Assembly: GCA_001643675.2 (NCBI GenBank)
Contig: LSRY02000024.1
Span: forward strand, 1,273,569-1,337,568
Direction: 5' to 3'
DNA: 64,000 nucleotides
DNA from: Monocercomonoides exilis PA203
Lineage: Eukaryota > Protista > Preaxostyla
A program made the translations under genes and the position numbers. Position 1 is the first letter of the stretch, and the number at the start of each line of letters is the position of its first letter. This document shows positions 11,901 to 26,500 of this stretch, piece after piece. The notes under the pieces were generated by a model. It was not told where the DNA came from. It worked only from the letters and a program-made list of their open reading frames with translations, and ran no database searches.

Positions 11901-13400
11901 TTCCCTCTTTCCTCCAGTCAGCACGTGCGAGGGTTGACACCTCCTCAACCACTCCGTCGACCGCTGCTGTTGCCAACGCCATCCACGACGCCTCGCTCGC
12001 TCGGATGGGCAGCGGCGGATTCGCCACGTCGCCCACGTCTCCGTTGAATGTGGTGCCTCTGCTGCATCGGCTGGCTCTGTCGATTGGGCTGATCACGAAA
12101 GGAAAGAGGAAGACAGGACATTCTTCGGCTGCATCGCCTGCTATGCCTTCTTCACCAGCATCTTCATCTTCATCTTCATCAGCATCAGCATCTTCTTCGT
12201 TGAGTGGAGGAATCAAAAAAGCAGGAGAAGAGGAAGGAAGAGACGAGAATGAAGATCCGGGGACAGCCATCCAGATACTTGTTGGGTTTGAAGATCACAC
12301 ACTTGTGATGTGGGATGTGGTGGAAGAAGTGCACACAGCAGGAGATGACAGCTCGATGGACTACGATGATGATGATGATGATGATGGAGAAGGAGGAGGC
12401 AACAGCAGCAATGAAAACAGACGCTTCTATCAATCAGCAGCCGAGCCTCCTTCGTCTGCACTGACCTCGTCGCGTGCAGTGAAGCTGCCTCCTCTTCCTC
12501 CTCTGCCTCATCCAGTCACTCGAATGACGCGTCAGTTCTTTTCTCCTCTTTCTGTGTGTGGCGGTGTGTGGGTGGGTTCATCAAAAGGAGGGGCATCAGA
12601 TGTGGAAGGCACACAGCTGTTTAAGACACTCGCAGCAGACGAGCTGAAGATATCGTGTGACACACTCCAATTCAACAGCAACGGAATGTTCTCAATCACT
12701 TTGCCTCCCATCACTTCTGCTGCTTCATCTAGTTCTGGTTTGTCACATTTCTTTCTTTCTTTTTTTTTATATTTTGATGTTTTTTTTGATTGACTTTCTT
12801 TCTTCTTCTATTTCTTCTTCTTTTTTTATTAATAAAGCCAAACAATCAACAATATCTGGTCTGAAAATCGAAGGCCAATGGCGTGAGATTGTCCCCACAG
12901 CGCAGTCGAGCACGCAGCTGGCTGTGCAAAACAGTGCTGCCCAAAGAACACTCCGACAGCTTTCACCTTCTCATCTGCAGCTGTCTCTGGTGGCAACTGT
13001 CAGAACACCCCTCTTCCCTGTCTCCCGCTCTGAATCATCACAGCGCAGAGACAGCGATCCTTCTGGTTCATCTTCATCATCCTCTTCTTCTTCTTCTTCT
13101 TCTTCCTCATCTGACATGGCTGCTCCTTCATTCACTGAAAGCGAAGATAAGAGAGAACAGGTCAAAGAACTTATTCTGCTGACTCTAATTGAAGGAGGAT
13201 TGGGATTCCCTTGGAAGGCAACAACAGAAATAAGGGTATCGAAGCAGATGGCAGAGCATTTTGCACATACTCCTTATTCATCACTTTCTGGATATAAACA
13301 TTCTTCTTCTTCATCTGAATCAATTTCAACTTCTTCTGATGATAGCGATGAGTTTTATCTTTTGAAAGAATTTGTCGGACCTATTTTTTCTGAACGATAA
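8976..13400 (+). CDS. Large hypothetical protein (~1326 aa) with degenerate WD40-like segments and Ser/acidic insertions, 4 exons
   Basis: Phase-consistent GT-AG introns 10949-11129, 11348-11510 and 12738-12837 join ORFs 8802, 11140, 11615 and 12657. WD-like pieces include MTGHSDRGYVTSIV...CVTG, LVVWNL and ILVGFEDHTLVMWDV. The start ATG at 8976 is inferred. Confidence 0.6.
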
Positions 13401-13594
13401 TTAATGCTTGCATTTTGAATTCATGGCACATTTCACGTTTTCATGGATAGAACCTTTTTTGTTGAATTTTTTAAAAATATTGATCAAGACCCATTGTTTA
13501 CTTATTGAATAATTAAAAGAAGTATAAAAGCAAGGCTGATCAGAAAGTGATCATTTTGCCCTCTCCTCGGCCAATTTTTTTGCGGCTGTGAGCC

Positions 13595-16500
13595 ATGACA
13601 GGAATATATGTGGGCCATGAAACTCTCCAGCTGCTCATAGATCTACCACGAAAATCTCTGGAGGTTTTTAAAGAAAATTTGAAACATTCTTTTTCAGCTT
13701 TAATTTTCTGTACTGATGTTGTTGCATTTTGAAATCGGTAAATTTTTATGTGAAAACATAAATGCTATTGTAATTGATGCCTAATTTTGTCAGGGGGTTG
13801 CAACTCTAGACATTTATTTTCTTGGACATATTCCATCTCGTTTTCGATTAAATGCGCGACAAATCAGTATGATCAAGAGAGTTTTATGATCATTAATGAT
13901 TTGTCATTTTCATTTTTGTATTTTTTGCGAAATACAGAAATAACAGGGATAACGGTTGATGGAATACAAGCCCAATTTAAGCATGAAGATCCGTTGATTG
14001 ATTTCATGCCCAAAGAAGACTTGATTCGAGATCTGACATCTTTTGATGCTTTTCATGCGAAGGCTTTAGAAGATGCAGATCGAGGCGAATTATTGATCTA
14101 TACTCCCCAAGCTGTACTTCAAAAAATAAACAATCCATCTGATTATCCTTGGCATTATTCCACAACACCATTTTTAACTGTTAAAATATATTACACGCTT
14201 GTTAACCCGACATCTGCGTTGTATTTTATGGGAGATGATACATCTTCCTCGACTCATAGTTCTTCTTCACAGAAAATTCCACAACACGCTTTTGTTAGTG
14301 TCGATTCTTGCGTTGTTCCTGCTCGACTGTGGATGCCATGCCTGGATAAAATGCGATCTAAATGCACATGGAGGATTGAAGTGACTGTTGCAGCGCCAAA
14401 TCTTGTTTGTTGCAGTGGTGAGTGCTTGCCCAGAGTTCCTTGCAAAACATGCCCTCAATTCTCTTTTCCGGAGCATTCAATGATGAATCAACATTCTTCA
14501 TTTCTGCCCCCTACCATCACGCCAGGTCCTGTTCTGTCGCCATCAATTTCTCCTGCCCCTTCTTCAAGTTCCTCATCTTCGTCGTCGTCTAACCTCACCT
14601 TCAACACATGGATACATGAGATCCCCTTTCCAGTGTGCCCATCTGCCATCGCAATGGCCATCGGTCCATTTGAAGCAACAGTCTCAGCTGATCTCCCCTT
14701 TCTTGTGAATCAATTGTCACTCCCAATCTCCTCTGCGTCTGCTGCGACTGCAACATCTCGTTCCACAAATGAGACGCTGATTGAGAAAGGAGCGTTGGCT
14801 GCACTAGCTGTTCAGGTCAGACGCACTCTGCATTTCTTGAGCGAATATTTCAACACAACATCACTCAATTTCGACAGCAGCCAGTCAAAAAGAATGAACC
14901 AGAATGCAAATGCAAACTCTGCCATTCAATCATCCAATAGCTCATCCTCATCTTCTTCTTCATCTTCATTTTCCATCACATCCCCTCCCACTTCATCTTC
15001 CACACCGTTCACATTCCACACTTCATCCCCAACAAAATCCTCAATCTCTTCTTCTTCTGCACTTCGCTCCACTTCACCGTTACCTACCTCTTCCTCATCT
15101 TCCTCCTCCTCTTCTTCCTTCAGGCGTTCTGTGAGTCCATCAATCAATCCAAATGACTCCTTTCGGATGCCCATGCGTTCCCACTCCATCCGCCGCTCTC
15201 TCTCCCCTTCGTCTTCACTCCCTTCCACTTCATCCCTGCCAGCCACATCATCCTCCCTCTCTTCTCCTTCTGCCACTTCAAAGACCAGCACAAACACACC
15301 CCCTTCCTTCGACCAGCAGATGGCCCATGCGCTTTCTCTCTTCACTCTCTCCTCTCTCCAGCTGAACTCGGCTGCTGCCTCTTCTCCAACAGACGAGCCA
15401 TTCAACTCGCTCATCCGGACAGGCCTCAAGATGAAGAAGCAGTCGTATTACCCCTTCTTCCTCCCAGCCACCCATGCTGCACACACAGACCACCCCACTC
15501 TCCCCAACATTCCTCCAGTCATCTCATTCAAAACAGTCATCGTCCACAACCCACCCCGTCCACTCACATCAGGCGTGGGTATCATCATCCTCCCTTCAAC
15601 AACTTCTTCTTACCCTTCCAGCTCTGCCTTCTCCTCTCTCTACACCTCCTGCTGTGCCCCTTCCACACCCAGTGCCACCACTTCCATGTCATCTGCCATC
15701 TCCCCCTTTTCAGTCACTCCCACTCACTCCTTCTCTCCTGTCCTCGTTGACCAGGCAACAGTGGCTGACAAAGATGTCCTGTGGGATTCGCGTATGCAGC
15801 AGACGTATGCTGTCATTGATGCCATCATCGGCGCTGTCCTCACTCCAAACAGCTGGGACGACATGTGGATAGCAAAAGGGATTGTTGGCTACCTCTCGCA
15901 CTTGGCAATGACATGGATGGAGCTGTGTGACCAGCTGGAGAAGGAAGAGAAGGGAAGAGAGAGAGAAAGAGAGAGAGAGTATTATGCAGGAGAGGTGAAT
16001 GACAGAGAAAGAGAAAGAGATCGTTCAGACAGACTTCGAATGAGAAGCCCATCTCCTTCTCCTTCTCCTTCAATGTCTTCGTCTTCTTCTGCATCTTCCT
16101 CATCTTCCACTGCTTTCCCTTTTCCTTCCTCTTTGTCCACTTCCTCGTCCTCTTCTTCTTTGTCTTCCTCTTCATCTGTCATGCCATCTCCTTCTCCCAC
16201 TCAATCACTTCCCTCTCATTCCTCCTCTTCCTCCTTCTCTTCCTCTTCTTCCTCAGCCTCTCTTCGCTCTCTCCTTCTCAACCATCTCCTCTGCTACAAT
16301 CCTCAGTCTGTCCTGACCACCTCCACATCTCGTTCAGCCCCTGGTTCAGAGGCCACTCCCATCCTCTCTGCCATCACACGCCCATTAGACCCCACACGCA
16401 ATCTCTCTCTGCTGGCCACTGAAAGCAGACTGCGCCTGCACCAAATGATGGACGGCACAATCGCCTTCACTCAGCAACAGAAGAGAGACAGCTACTCATC

Positions 16501-19500
16501 TGCACCTGTGCTGTTGGAGCTCTGCCCACACAAACCACACACAAAGAGAGAGCTGATGGCACACCCTTTCTTCACGACAAAGGCGACAGTGGTGATTGGG
16601 ATGCTGGCCAGGCGTATTGGAGAGAGTGCAATGCAGAAGTATCTGAAGAAGCTGCTCAAACAGGCACAAGAACTCATCCTGGCTGACAGGAATGCTCTCA
16701 TCCAGCTGTTTCTGGCAGCGCAGGGGACAGTCGACTTTCTGAAAGGGTTCAGAGGAGGAAAGGGAGGGAATGGAGGGAATGCGGGGAATAGTGACAAGAC
16801 AGATAAAGGCGAAGGAAGAGCAGCTAAATCGACTGTTCATCCTGCGCCTTCTCCAATGCCGATGCCATCTCCTTCTCCTCTTCCAGCACCTTCACCCACA
16901 CTCGGATCAAAAGGAACATTTTATTCAATGCAGCAGAACAATCCAACATCCTCATCTTCTTCTGCCTCTTCCTCCTCCTCCTCCTCTTCATCATCTGCCC
17001 AATTGGCTACATCTTCCTCTGCCCCAGTCATCACCATTGCCTCCCACACACTCACAGCAGAGTCTGTCAGCTATCTCCAAAGAGCAGATCCTGTTCTCCT
17101 GCGCTGTGCTGTTGCTGGGCTGCATCTGACGCTGCTGATGAAAGACTTCTTCTCTCACATTGACTCCCTCTTGAAGCACCATGGCTTCTCCATCGACCAC
17201 TTTGCACAGCAATATGTCTTCTCTTCATACATTCCTCACTTCCACTGCGGTATTTTCTACTCATCCAGGCGAAATCTGACAGAATTTCGTATTCTGCAGG
17301 ATGTGAAGAGGAGCAGAACGACATTCCATGGGAACTTGATTGTGGCGATGACTGAGATAGACTCGGTTTTGATGATCAATCTGAAAGTTGATAAGAATGC
17401 TGATCAATACGATCTGCCCAATCGAATGAGGATGAGAAAGGAGAGGAAAGCCAAAGGAGCAGCTGGAATGCGCGGTGTGGCTGCATCCATTTTGAATGGC
17501 ACCTCTCCTTCGTCTGCACCTTCGTCTGGCAGCACACTCTCTGGTGGAGGATCTGATGGATTGGGTGGGAGCTCTCTGAAAGACGGCATGGCTGGGCGAG
17601 AGAGCGACGAGTGGACAGAACTGTCTCACAAAAGTGCCGATGAAGAGCTGAAGAACCCAACACCCATTCTTTCATTCAGAATAGACCCGAACTTGGAGCA
17701 GCTGGCGCACTACCAGATATGGCTGATCTCAGACATGATGCTGTTCCAGATGAACCACGACCCTGATCCCGTGGGGAGGGTGATTGCGATCAGAGGACTG
17801 GCACATTTTGAGCACTCACGAACAGCAGTGGAGATTCTGAAGATGTGTCTGGACGACAACACACAGCACCCGCTCATCAGAAGAGAGGCAGCAAGAGCAC
17901 TGATGTCGCCTTGCTTCCGCACAGGAGCCATTCCACGTGGTGTGTCTTCAGACAGAGAAGGCGATGGAGGCAGTGGAGATGGCAGTGCATCATCTGGATT
18001 GAAGTCTTCGTTTGCCTCGTCTTCTCAGCTGAACTCGCATCAGCAGTCACTTGTGATGCAGTCACAGGCACAGCTCTCTCACTTCAACCAGAGAATAAGG
18101 GCACAACAGAAGAAACCACTCATATCGCATCCAGGCTTAGCTGCTCTCTTATCGTTCTTCTATTCCCATTATCTGTCACCTGATGGAACGGAAATCAAAC
18201 CCAACAATTTTTCCAACTCAGATGACTATTATGTTCAGAAGTCTGTGATTGAAGCAATTGGTGCAACTGTTGTGGCAACCACACCACTCAGGGCGATTCC
18301 AGACAACATTCTCCATCCACGAAAAGAACAGCCAATAACACCAGCACACCCAGTTCAACTATCACCCTCTGAGGCATCTGCAGTAGTCACCCTCATTCTG
18401 CAATGTCTTCACCACAACGACAACCAGCAGAATCCATTCACAGACACATTCTATCTCTCTCTTCTGCTCCACTCCCTCGGCCAGCTCCCTCTGAGAGAGG
18501 CACACCAAGTGAAGCAGGTGAGAGATGCCCTCACACGCTACATCGAATTAGAGAAGGTGCGTCAGTCACTCCACAGGACAATCACCACCACTGCACTACA
18601 GACACTGGGTAGACTGGCTGTGGCTGGTGTGACATCGGTGCATCCAATGGACATTGCTCGCTTTCTGTCGGCGTCTCAGCCGCTGGCTGTGCGATCAACA
18701 GCATTTCAGTGTCTGGTGCTGATGCTGGAGATGATGCCTGGCTTCTATCGGGCGAATCCTGTTGTGAAGAGGAGGTATTGGGACGATGATAGGAAGAGAA
18801 TCGTGAATGAAGAGGATGTGGAACTGGAAGACGAAAAAGAGGGGCAAATGGAGAAGAATCTGAATGCAACATCCAATCAATCAAATGATGCATTATTGCC
18901 ATTTGAGAAAGAGAAGGCAGATCCTTCTTTACTCAACGTGACAAACACTCCATCAGACACACTCTCATCATCATCTTCTGATTCATCTGGATTCAACGTA
19001 CTCCAAGGCATCACATCGCCTTCCAACATGACGACTTCTGATGCATCTGTCTCGCTCATTCCACATCCAGCTGCTCAGTTCATGCAAAACAGACTGTCAA
19101 AATCTCAACCTTCTTTTGCTGCCAATCAAAGCTCAATCACAGCTCCATTCACTTTGGGTGTCTCTACCCCTCAGCAGAGCATTCTCTCTCCGATGTCTAC
19201 TTTGTCTTCTCCTTCCTCTCCTTCTTCTCCGTCTGGCACTTCTTTGTCTGCTTCCTCTTCTCCTTCTTCCTCTTCCACTTCTGCTCTTGTCCATTCTCCT
19301 CTCTCAACAGTCACATCTGCCCCATCTTCATCGCAAAACAACTCTAATTCTTCGTCTAATACTGCCACTGGAACACAACAGCAGCAACAATCATCATCAA
19401 CATCTTCATCAACAACTTCGCAATATTCATCTGCCTCAATAGAGCTGATGAAGCATGAGCTGTCAATTGTGCCTCCTCTGTTTCCTCTCTTCGAACATGC

Positions 19501-22500
19501 CATCCAATTAGCCAATTCTGACCCTCTTTCTTTGCTCGGCTGCTCAATGCTGACTGCTTTGTCTGCCTTTGTTGCGAGGCTGAGACAGGCAGCAGCAGAA
19601 TACGAGTGTTTGGTGCAAGGAGAGGCACTGCAGAAGGAGAGGGAGATAATTGCAAGAAAAGAAGGAGAGAAACTAAGGCCAATCATCGGACACGCAGCAT
19701 CTTCACTTGCATTGGGTTCAGTTGCCACAACAACAGCCATGCAGGCAGAGAAGATGAAGAGAGAGTTGGAAGCAGAAAGACTGGCTAAGAAAGAAGGCAC
19801 TGAAGAAAAGGCATCTCAGTTCAAAATGCCACAGTTTGCTTCAAATGATGCTGATAAAAAGGAAACTTCTTCTGTTTCTGTTAGCTCTCCTGCTGCTTCT
19901 CCTTCTGATGCTTCACCTTTTCAGGGCATTCGCATTGCATCTCCTATCACCTCTCCTAATTCCCCTAATTCTCCCAATTCTTCTTCTAATAATAATCCTG
20001 CAGCTTCAAATGCTGCCTCTTCTGCTTCTGCAACAAATGCAACCACAAATGCCACTACCAATCTGAAAACATCTTCAACAGCTTCTGCTCCACCTGATCC
20101 TCCTTCTCTGTCTATCTCTCCTGTCACCTTCCCTTCTCCTCAGAACAGACAGCTCGCACTCAACACAAACAATGCAAATGGCCAGTTTATGTCTCGTTTT
20201 GTCCCTCCGATGCAGATGCCTCTGAATCGCTCTCTGTCCAACACAGACAGCAATGGCATGCCCACAGGCAATCCAGGCATCCTCATGATGAATGGTACTA
20301 ATGGCATCAGCAACATCACTGGAATGCTTGCGAGTCCTCTGAGAGCAATGCCACAATATTCACTCATGGGCAGTTTTGCACCCGGGATGAAGAGCCAAGG
20401 GATGGGGCAGATGCAGCTGCAGCAGCAGATGCTGTTTCAGAGACAGCAGCAGCAGCTCCAACTGCAACTGCACCAACAACAGCAGAGATTGTACCAGCAG
20501 CGTCTGCAGCAGCAACAGAGACAGCTCCAACAACAGCTCTTGCAGAAGCAGAAGAGCCAACAAGACGCAAATCGAACTGGCTCTTCTTCGTACATGTCAT
20601 CATCATCAGCATCTTCCTCTTCTTCCTCTCATTCGTCTCTTCCCATGTCGACTGATGTGATTGGAGAAGCGAGTGAGAAGCGGAGACAAGCATTCTGTGG
20701 TGTGCTTCCATTGCTTGGAGTTGCCAGCCCCACTCCTTTCTCACCCATCCCTTCATCTGCCTTCATCAAAGTGGTCACAGCTGCCATTCCTCTTCCTGCT
20801 GGTGCCAGCACCCCCTCTGCTGCGTCGTCTCCTCTCGATGGCGATGAGAAAGAAAACTTTCTGTCGCCTCCGATGATTTCACTCTCGACAACAGCTGAGC
20901 AGAGGCAGGATGATGTGCCTCCTCTGTTTTTCCCGCCACATGGCTCACTCATTCTGGACACGAGAGAGAAGCACAGATTCGGAGTGGCTGTAAGAGAGAA
21001 GATGGATGCACTCACAGAAAACGAAGGGAAAGACACCGAAACGCGCAAAGCAAGCGAAAAGGTACTTCCGAAGAAGGAGAATGATATGGATTCATCACTT
21101 TTGGTCAAAACATCAGCATTTGCACCTCTCACTACAACAGCAAAGAACAGCGATTCATTCTGGAGACAGGTTAAGTCAAGGTCATCTCTTTCACCGCAGC
21201 CACAGACACAAACACTTCCTGCCCCCTCTTTGACAACTGCACGCACACCATCAGCAGCAGCATCAGCATCATCGTCATCTTTGACTTCTCTTTCATATTC
21301 ACCGAAAAGTACAGAGAAGGGCCAGGATCCATCAGAGCAGTCAAGAGAGGTGCTGGCAGCTGAAGCAGAGAAAGGCGATGTATTGGGGCAAGTGAAGGAG
21401 GATCCAGACATCCCCAGACCTCTCTCTTTGGCTGTCATCGACTCAAAAGATGATTTGTTGGTGCAGACATCTCAGAACAGAGCACGAAGCCGCTCTCCTG
21501 CTGCGTATGATGGACCTTCTGCCATCACATCTCCAGTCCATTTGGCAAACATTGCTCCATCGCCATCTCCTGCTCCACTCCCATCTCCTTCTCCTTCTCT
21601 CACACCTTCCGTTTTCCCTTCATCTACATCTTCTTCATTGGCCAATCGTCCATACACAGCTGCTGTTGCTGTGAGGCGTCTGGTGAATCTGCTTTGGAGG
21701 TTCATTGTGAGCAGCGAGCGTGCTGCATACGATGGTTCCATTCGACAGGCTGGGATTTCTCTCTTCCGTGCGCTGTTTGGAAAGAATGTACCTCCGTGCT
21801 TCAAAGACGATCCATCAATTGTGGCAGCTGTGCTCCCGTCGCTGTATGCTCCTTCGTCATTCCCATCTTCTGCAATGTCTCCGTCGTCTTCATCGTCGCT
21901 TCATTCATTCACCAGTCGAGGTGTATCTGTTGTGTCTCTTTCCCCATCTTCTTCTTCGCTCTCTTCGTTCACTGTGCGAAGAGTGGGTTCTGTTGGAAGG
22001 AGCAGCAGTGTGGCTTCTTTGAAGAGAGAAAGAGAGTTTCTGAGAAGAGGCAGCAGCGTCGGCACTGCAAATGAAGATGCACGAGAAAAGAAGGAGGAGG
22101 CAATCATGAACGAAGAAAGCGAATTCAAGAATATAAATGATGATGTTAGAAAGGGAGCTCAACTAAAGAATGAAGGTCAAGATGATAATTTCTTAAAGTC
22201 CGATGATTCTTTGGTAAAGCAAACAAGCTCAATTGAAAAAGAAGCTGAAAATGGAAGAGAACAAAAAAATGGCAATGCAACAAACAACACTTCTGATGAA
22301 ACTGCTGAAATTAGAACTGCACAATTTGATTGTTCCAGTGATCCTACAAATAAAGATGCAAATGCTCCAGATGCTCTTTTCTCTGGAGTCCAATCGATTC
22401 CAGACGAAACACCAGAGTCATCGGTAAGTCCATCAAAAACAGATTCATCGTTATCGCCCCAAACAGAAACTAAAATTCATTTGCCAAAAATAACTGTAGT

Positions 22501-22603
22501 ATCAAAAGGTACCAAAATTGTATTCAAGAAATGCATTTCACAACGGCCCAATCCATCTGAAGGGGTTAACACTGCTGGCAGTCCACTTCGATTATCTCAA
22601 TAG
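13595..22603 (+). CDS. TAF2: Transcription initiation factor TFIID subunit 2 (M1 aminopeptidase-like fold), greatly expanded by low-complexity inserts
   Basis: Exons 13595-13663, 13794-13866 and 13938-22603 give HETLQLLIDL...LNARQIKITGITVDG. Further TAF2 motifs: ARLWMPCLD...CTWRIE, VCCSGE, IAMAIGPFE, PNSWDDMWIAKGIVGYL, KATVVIGMLARRIG, FRIDP, DPVGRVIAIRGL, PNNFSNSDDYYVQKSV, NDNQQNPFTDTFYL. Confidence 0.92.
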
Positions 22604-23508
22604 ATCATTCACACAAACCATTTCACGTTAACTTTGTTTTTATTCATTATGTTTCGATGCTTTAAAATGATGATTGCACATTTCACCTGCTTTAAATGAT
22701 TATAGAAAGAAATAAATCTTTTTCAAATATGCACCAGAAATAATTCAAAATAATAATTTTTACAGTCGAACAAATAATTCATTTTCGAACGATTTAAATA
22801 TGCTTTCAATCACAGAAAATATTCATGAAACAATTATTTCATTTCACTTTTTATTTGAATATTTGATTTGAAAAAAAAATGCTTCTTTATCAAATAAATG
22901 ATATTTCATTTATTCTTTTTCCCTCTAAAAGTCATGCGAAATGAAATAAATTCAATTTCATAATTATTATAAGAAAGAATATAAGTTTTTGGACATTAAG
23001 TCTAGAGACCAGTCAAATGTTGTTCTCTTTTTCCTTTTTTCTTGAAATGCCGATCGAAAGAATTTTAAACAAATTTTCAAATCTAATTTTTGAAAAATAG
23101 AAAATGTATAACATCAAAAAGAATTGCACACATACACATATATTGATTCTTTTTTCTTAAAAAATATAATTCTATTGTCTCACATAATTGTAAATTAGAA
23201 AAAAGAAAAAAAATGTGTTTTCAACGTCGATTCACAAAACAAAATTTTCAACGCAATTTAAATGAATTCCAACTTACAAATTTGAACACAAACAAAATTC
23301 TTAAATAATTCACATCCAATACTCCGAATAATGAATTGAATTATTCTTGAATATTCAATCTTTACAAAAAAATAAAAAAAAATTACGTCACTTCAAATTT
23401 GGTATTGAAATCATATGAATATAATAGTCTTCATAGATTTCATTGAAGTTGTCAATTACGAAAACACAATGAATAGCTTATACATTTTACGTACGTAATT
23501 CTGAAGCA

Positions 23509-26500
23509 TTACTCAATCGAATAACTGTCTGAATGCACTCCCATTGCAATTGACTGAAGTTGACGAAGATGCGCCTCTCCGGCTGAAAGAGCCATCGCTT
23601 GCAGTCGAGTGCCTTCGTTGAACAACAATTCCTGTTTGTTTGCATTTCATTCATTTACATCAAATTTTGAAAAAGAAAAGATAAGAAAAAATATATAAAA
23701 AAAAAACAATTCACATTTTCATTCTAAATTAGCAAACCTTTGGACTTCCAACTTCGGCCAAATTGCCATCCTCCATAACAAAAACAAGATCTGCATCAGC
23801 AACTGTGGACAGTCTGTGAGCAATCGTTATTACGGTGCAGTTCTTAAAGCATCTTCTTGTCACTTCTTGTATCTTTGCATCTGTTTCAAAATCAACACTT
23901 GCTGTTGCTTCATCCATCAAAATGATTTTGGAGCCATGAAGCAGCCCTCTCGCCAGGCACAACAATTGGCGCTGCCCAACAGACAAGTTGCCTCCATCTT
24001 CCACGACATTCGAATCTAACCCTTTTCCCATCTCTTGTACTGTTTCTTTCAGGCCAACTTCTTTCAGTGCATTCCACATCTCTTCTTCGTTATGTTCGCC
24101 CAGAAGATCGAGATTGTACTTCACTGTCCCTTCAAACAGAGTGGCCTCCTGTGGAACAGTGGAGATCATTGACCTCACATCGTGTATTCCCACCTTCTCT
24201 TTGATATCCAGCCCATCAATCAATATTCTCCCAGCTTCTGCTTCCACCAATCGAAGGAGCGCAAGAATGACAGTGGATTTACCAGAACCTGTCCGCCCAA
24301 CAATACCAACTTTGGAGCCACCCGGAATTGTGAACGACACATCCTTCAAAACAAGTGGCAGATGAGGACGATATCTGAGTGATACACGATCAAACACAAT
24401 TTCTCCTGAAGAAGGCCATTCTGTTGGGTGTGCAATGGAAGCGACAGAAGAGTCAACTTTCGATGGATGCTGCAAAGTTGGACAAGGAAGTGGCTTTGGC
24501 AGTTCCTTGTGCCACTCTGGTTCCTGGTCAATGTCCATCATCTCCTTCAGCTTCTCCACAGATCCCATTTCAGTTTCCAATTGAGAGATTTGTCTCGCCA
24601 GCCCCGTAGCAGTTGAGACTGTTTTCTGCGAGAATGAAATTGTCAGCGCAAAGAGTGCCAGGCTCCTTCCTAAGCCTCTCATGGCACAGCCGATCAGACC
24701 GATCAGCAGCATGAGGAGCGAATTGATGGTGCCAAGTTGGACCATCACATACCGAGAGACACTTGTTGTGTAGAAAGACGCATCCAATGACTCTTGAATG
24801 ATTTCATCGTAAGTGTCGATAAAATAACTCTGTTTGTCAAATGCACGGATCGTTTGAGATCCATTCATGCACTGCTGCAGATAATGCATCATTCTTGAGC
24901 GCGATGTGGAAGAAAACCGCCTCAGGCGGAGGTTGGCCAATGTGACTCGGATCTGAGCCATCACTCCCAATATCATCATCGGAATGAGGCACAAGACAAG
25001 CCATGGCATCGAAAAGCAGGCGCTGATGAAGGAGACGCCAACGGTGAACACAGAAACAAACAGGTTTGTGAACATCTGAGGAACGCTGATGTCGAGCGAG
25101 GTGATGTCTTTTGATGCTCTGTTGACGAGCCTTCCAGTTGGAGTGACGTCAAAATAGCTCATCGGAGCATGGAAGAGGCGGGTGTTAATTGCATTGTTGA
25201 TCTTTTTTGAGGCGCGTAGCCCAACAGCCAGCATAGAAAGCATACGAGGAATCACAAACAAAACAGTAGCTGCGCCAATGGCAACATAAAGAACGAAATA
25301 CAAAACAGGACCAGCGGAAAGTGTTGTTGTTGAAGATAGAAACTTATCGTTAAAAGACGAAAATGAAGAAGTTGTTTGCGTTTTATTGGCAGACAAATAC
25401 GAAAGCAAATAGGAACCAACTTTCTTTATGTTTCCTCCATCAGCTTTATCATCACTTGATGGCTCTTCAGTCTTTGTCCAGAATCCAAGCACGTATTGCT
25501 GTGCAGAGCGGAGAAGATTGTCGATCAAATATGTTGCAGCAACAAGGATAAGAAGAATAAGTGAAGCCTGTTTGAAATACCACATATAAACAGAAAAGGC
25601 AACTTTTCCTTCGACTGTGTCTTCAGCCGAAGTTAGCTTTGCAATTGAAGGTATTGCATCCGATGAAGAAGTTGAAGAAGAAGAAGAAGAAGATGTTGTT
25701 GTTGTTGATGACGATGACGATGACGATGATGAGGAGGAGGAAGAAGAGGAAGAGGAAGAGGAAGAGGAGGAAGAAGAAGAGTCTAAAGAACTCTGCAATC
25801 TTTGTGACTGTGATGCAGATGAAGGAGAAAAGACTGGTGAAGGTGAGAGTGGAGAGGACATAACAGAAGAGGAAGGAGAAGGGGTTTCTGGTGGATACAA
25901 GACAAGTGGCGGAGTGGTGATGTTGCTGTGCTGCTGTTGGTATTCGTGTAGAAGCTGCTGTTCAATGCGAAGACGCTGGCTGCCAAGCATGTCTTGGTCA
26001 GATGGCGAAGAATGGACGATTGGGGGAGGAGTGGAGCCAAGAGACACATTCAGAGCAGAAGAAGACGGAACCGACGAGAGAGAAGGAGGAATCTTTGGGC
26101 GTTTTGGAGTGACAGTAGACATATTTGTCGGAGAGGGTGAAGATAGAGATGAAAAAGAGAAGACATTTTGTGCATTCATTTGGTCGGAGCCATTTCGAAT
26201 AGGAGGAGATAGAGAATTATCCAATTCAGTTGAAGAAGCAGAAGAAGAGGTTGAGGCAGATTGCATGCCATCCTGATTTTGCATAACATCTGCATTTGAA
26301 TGCTGAGTGGATGGTTTGAAAAGAGAGAAAGCAGAAGAAGGAGAATTTGATCCAATGCGAAGCTCTTCAATACTTGCTGATGAATCTGTGTTCTTTTTGC
26401 CATCAAAGTCGCTTCCAGTTAAACTTGCACTTTCGACAGCTGTTGTTATTTTTTCTCCTGCCATCGCTTTCTTATCACTGCTGACATGTAAATTTGATGC

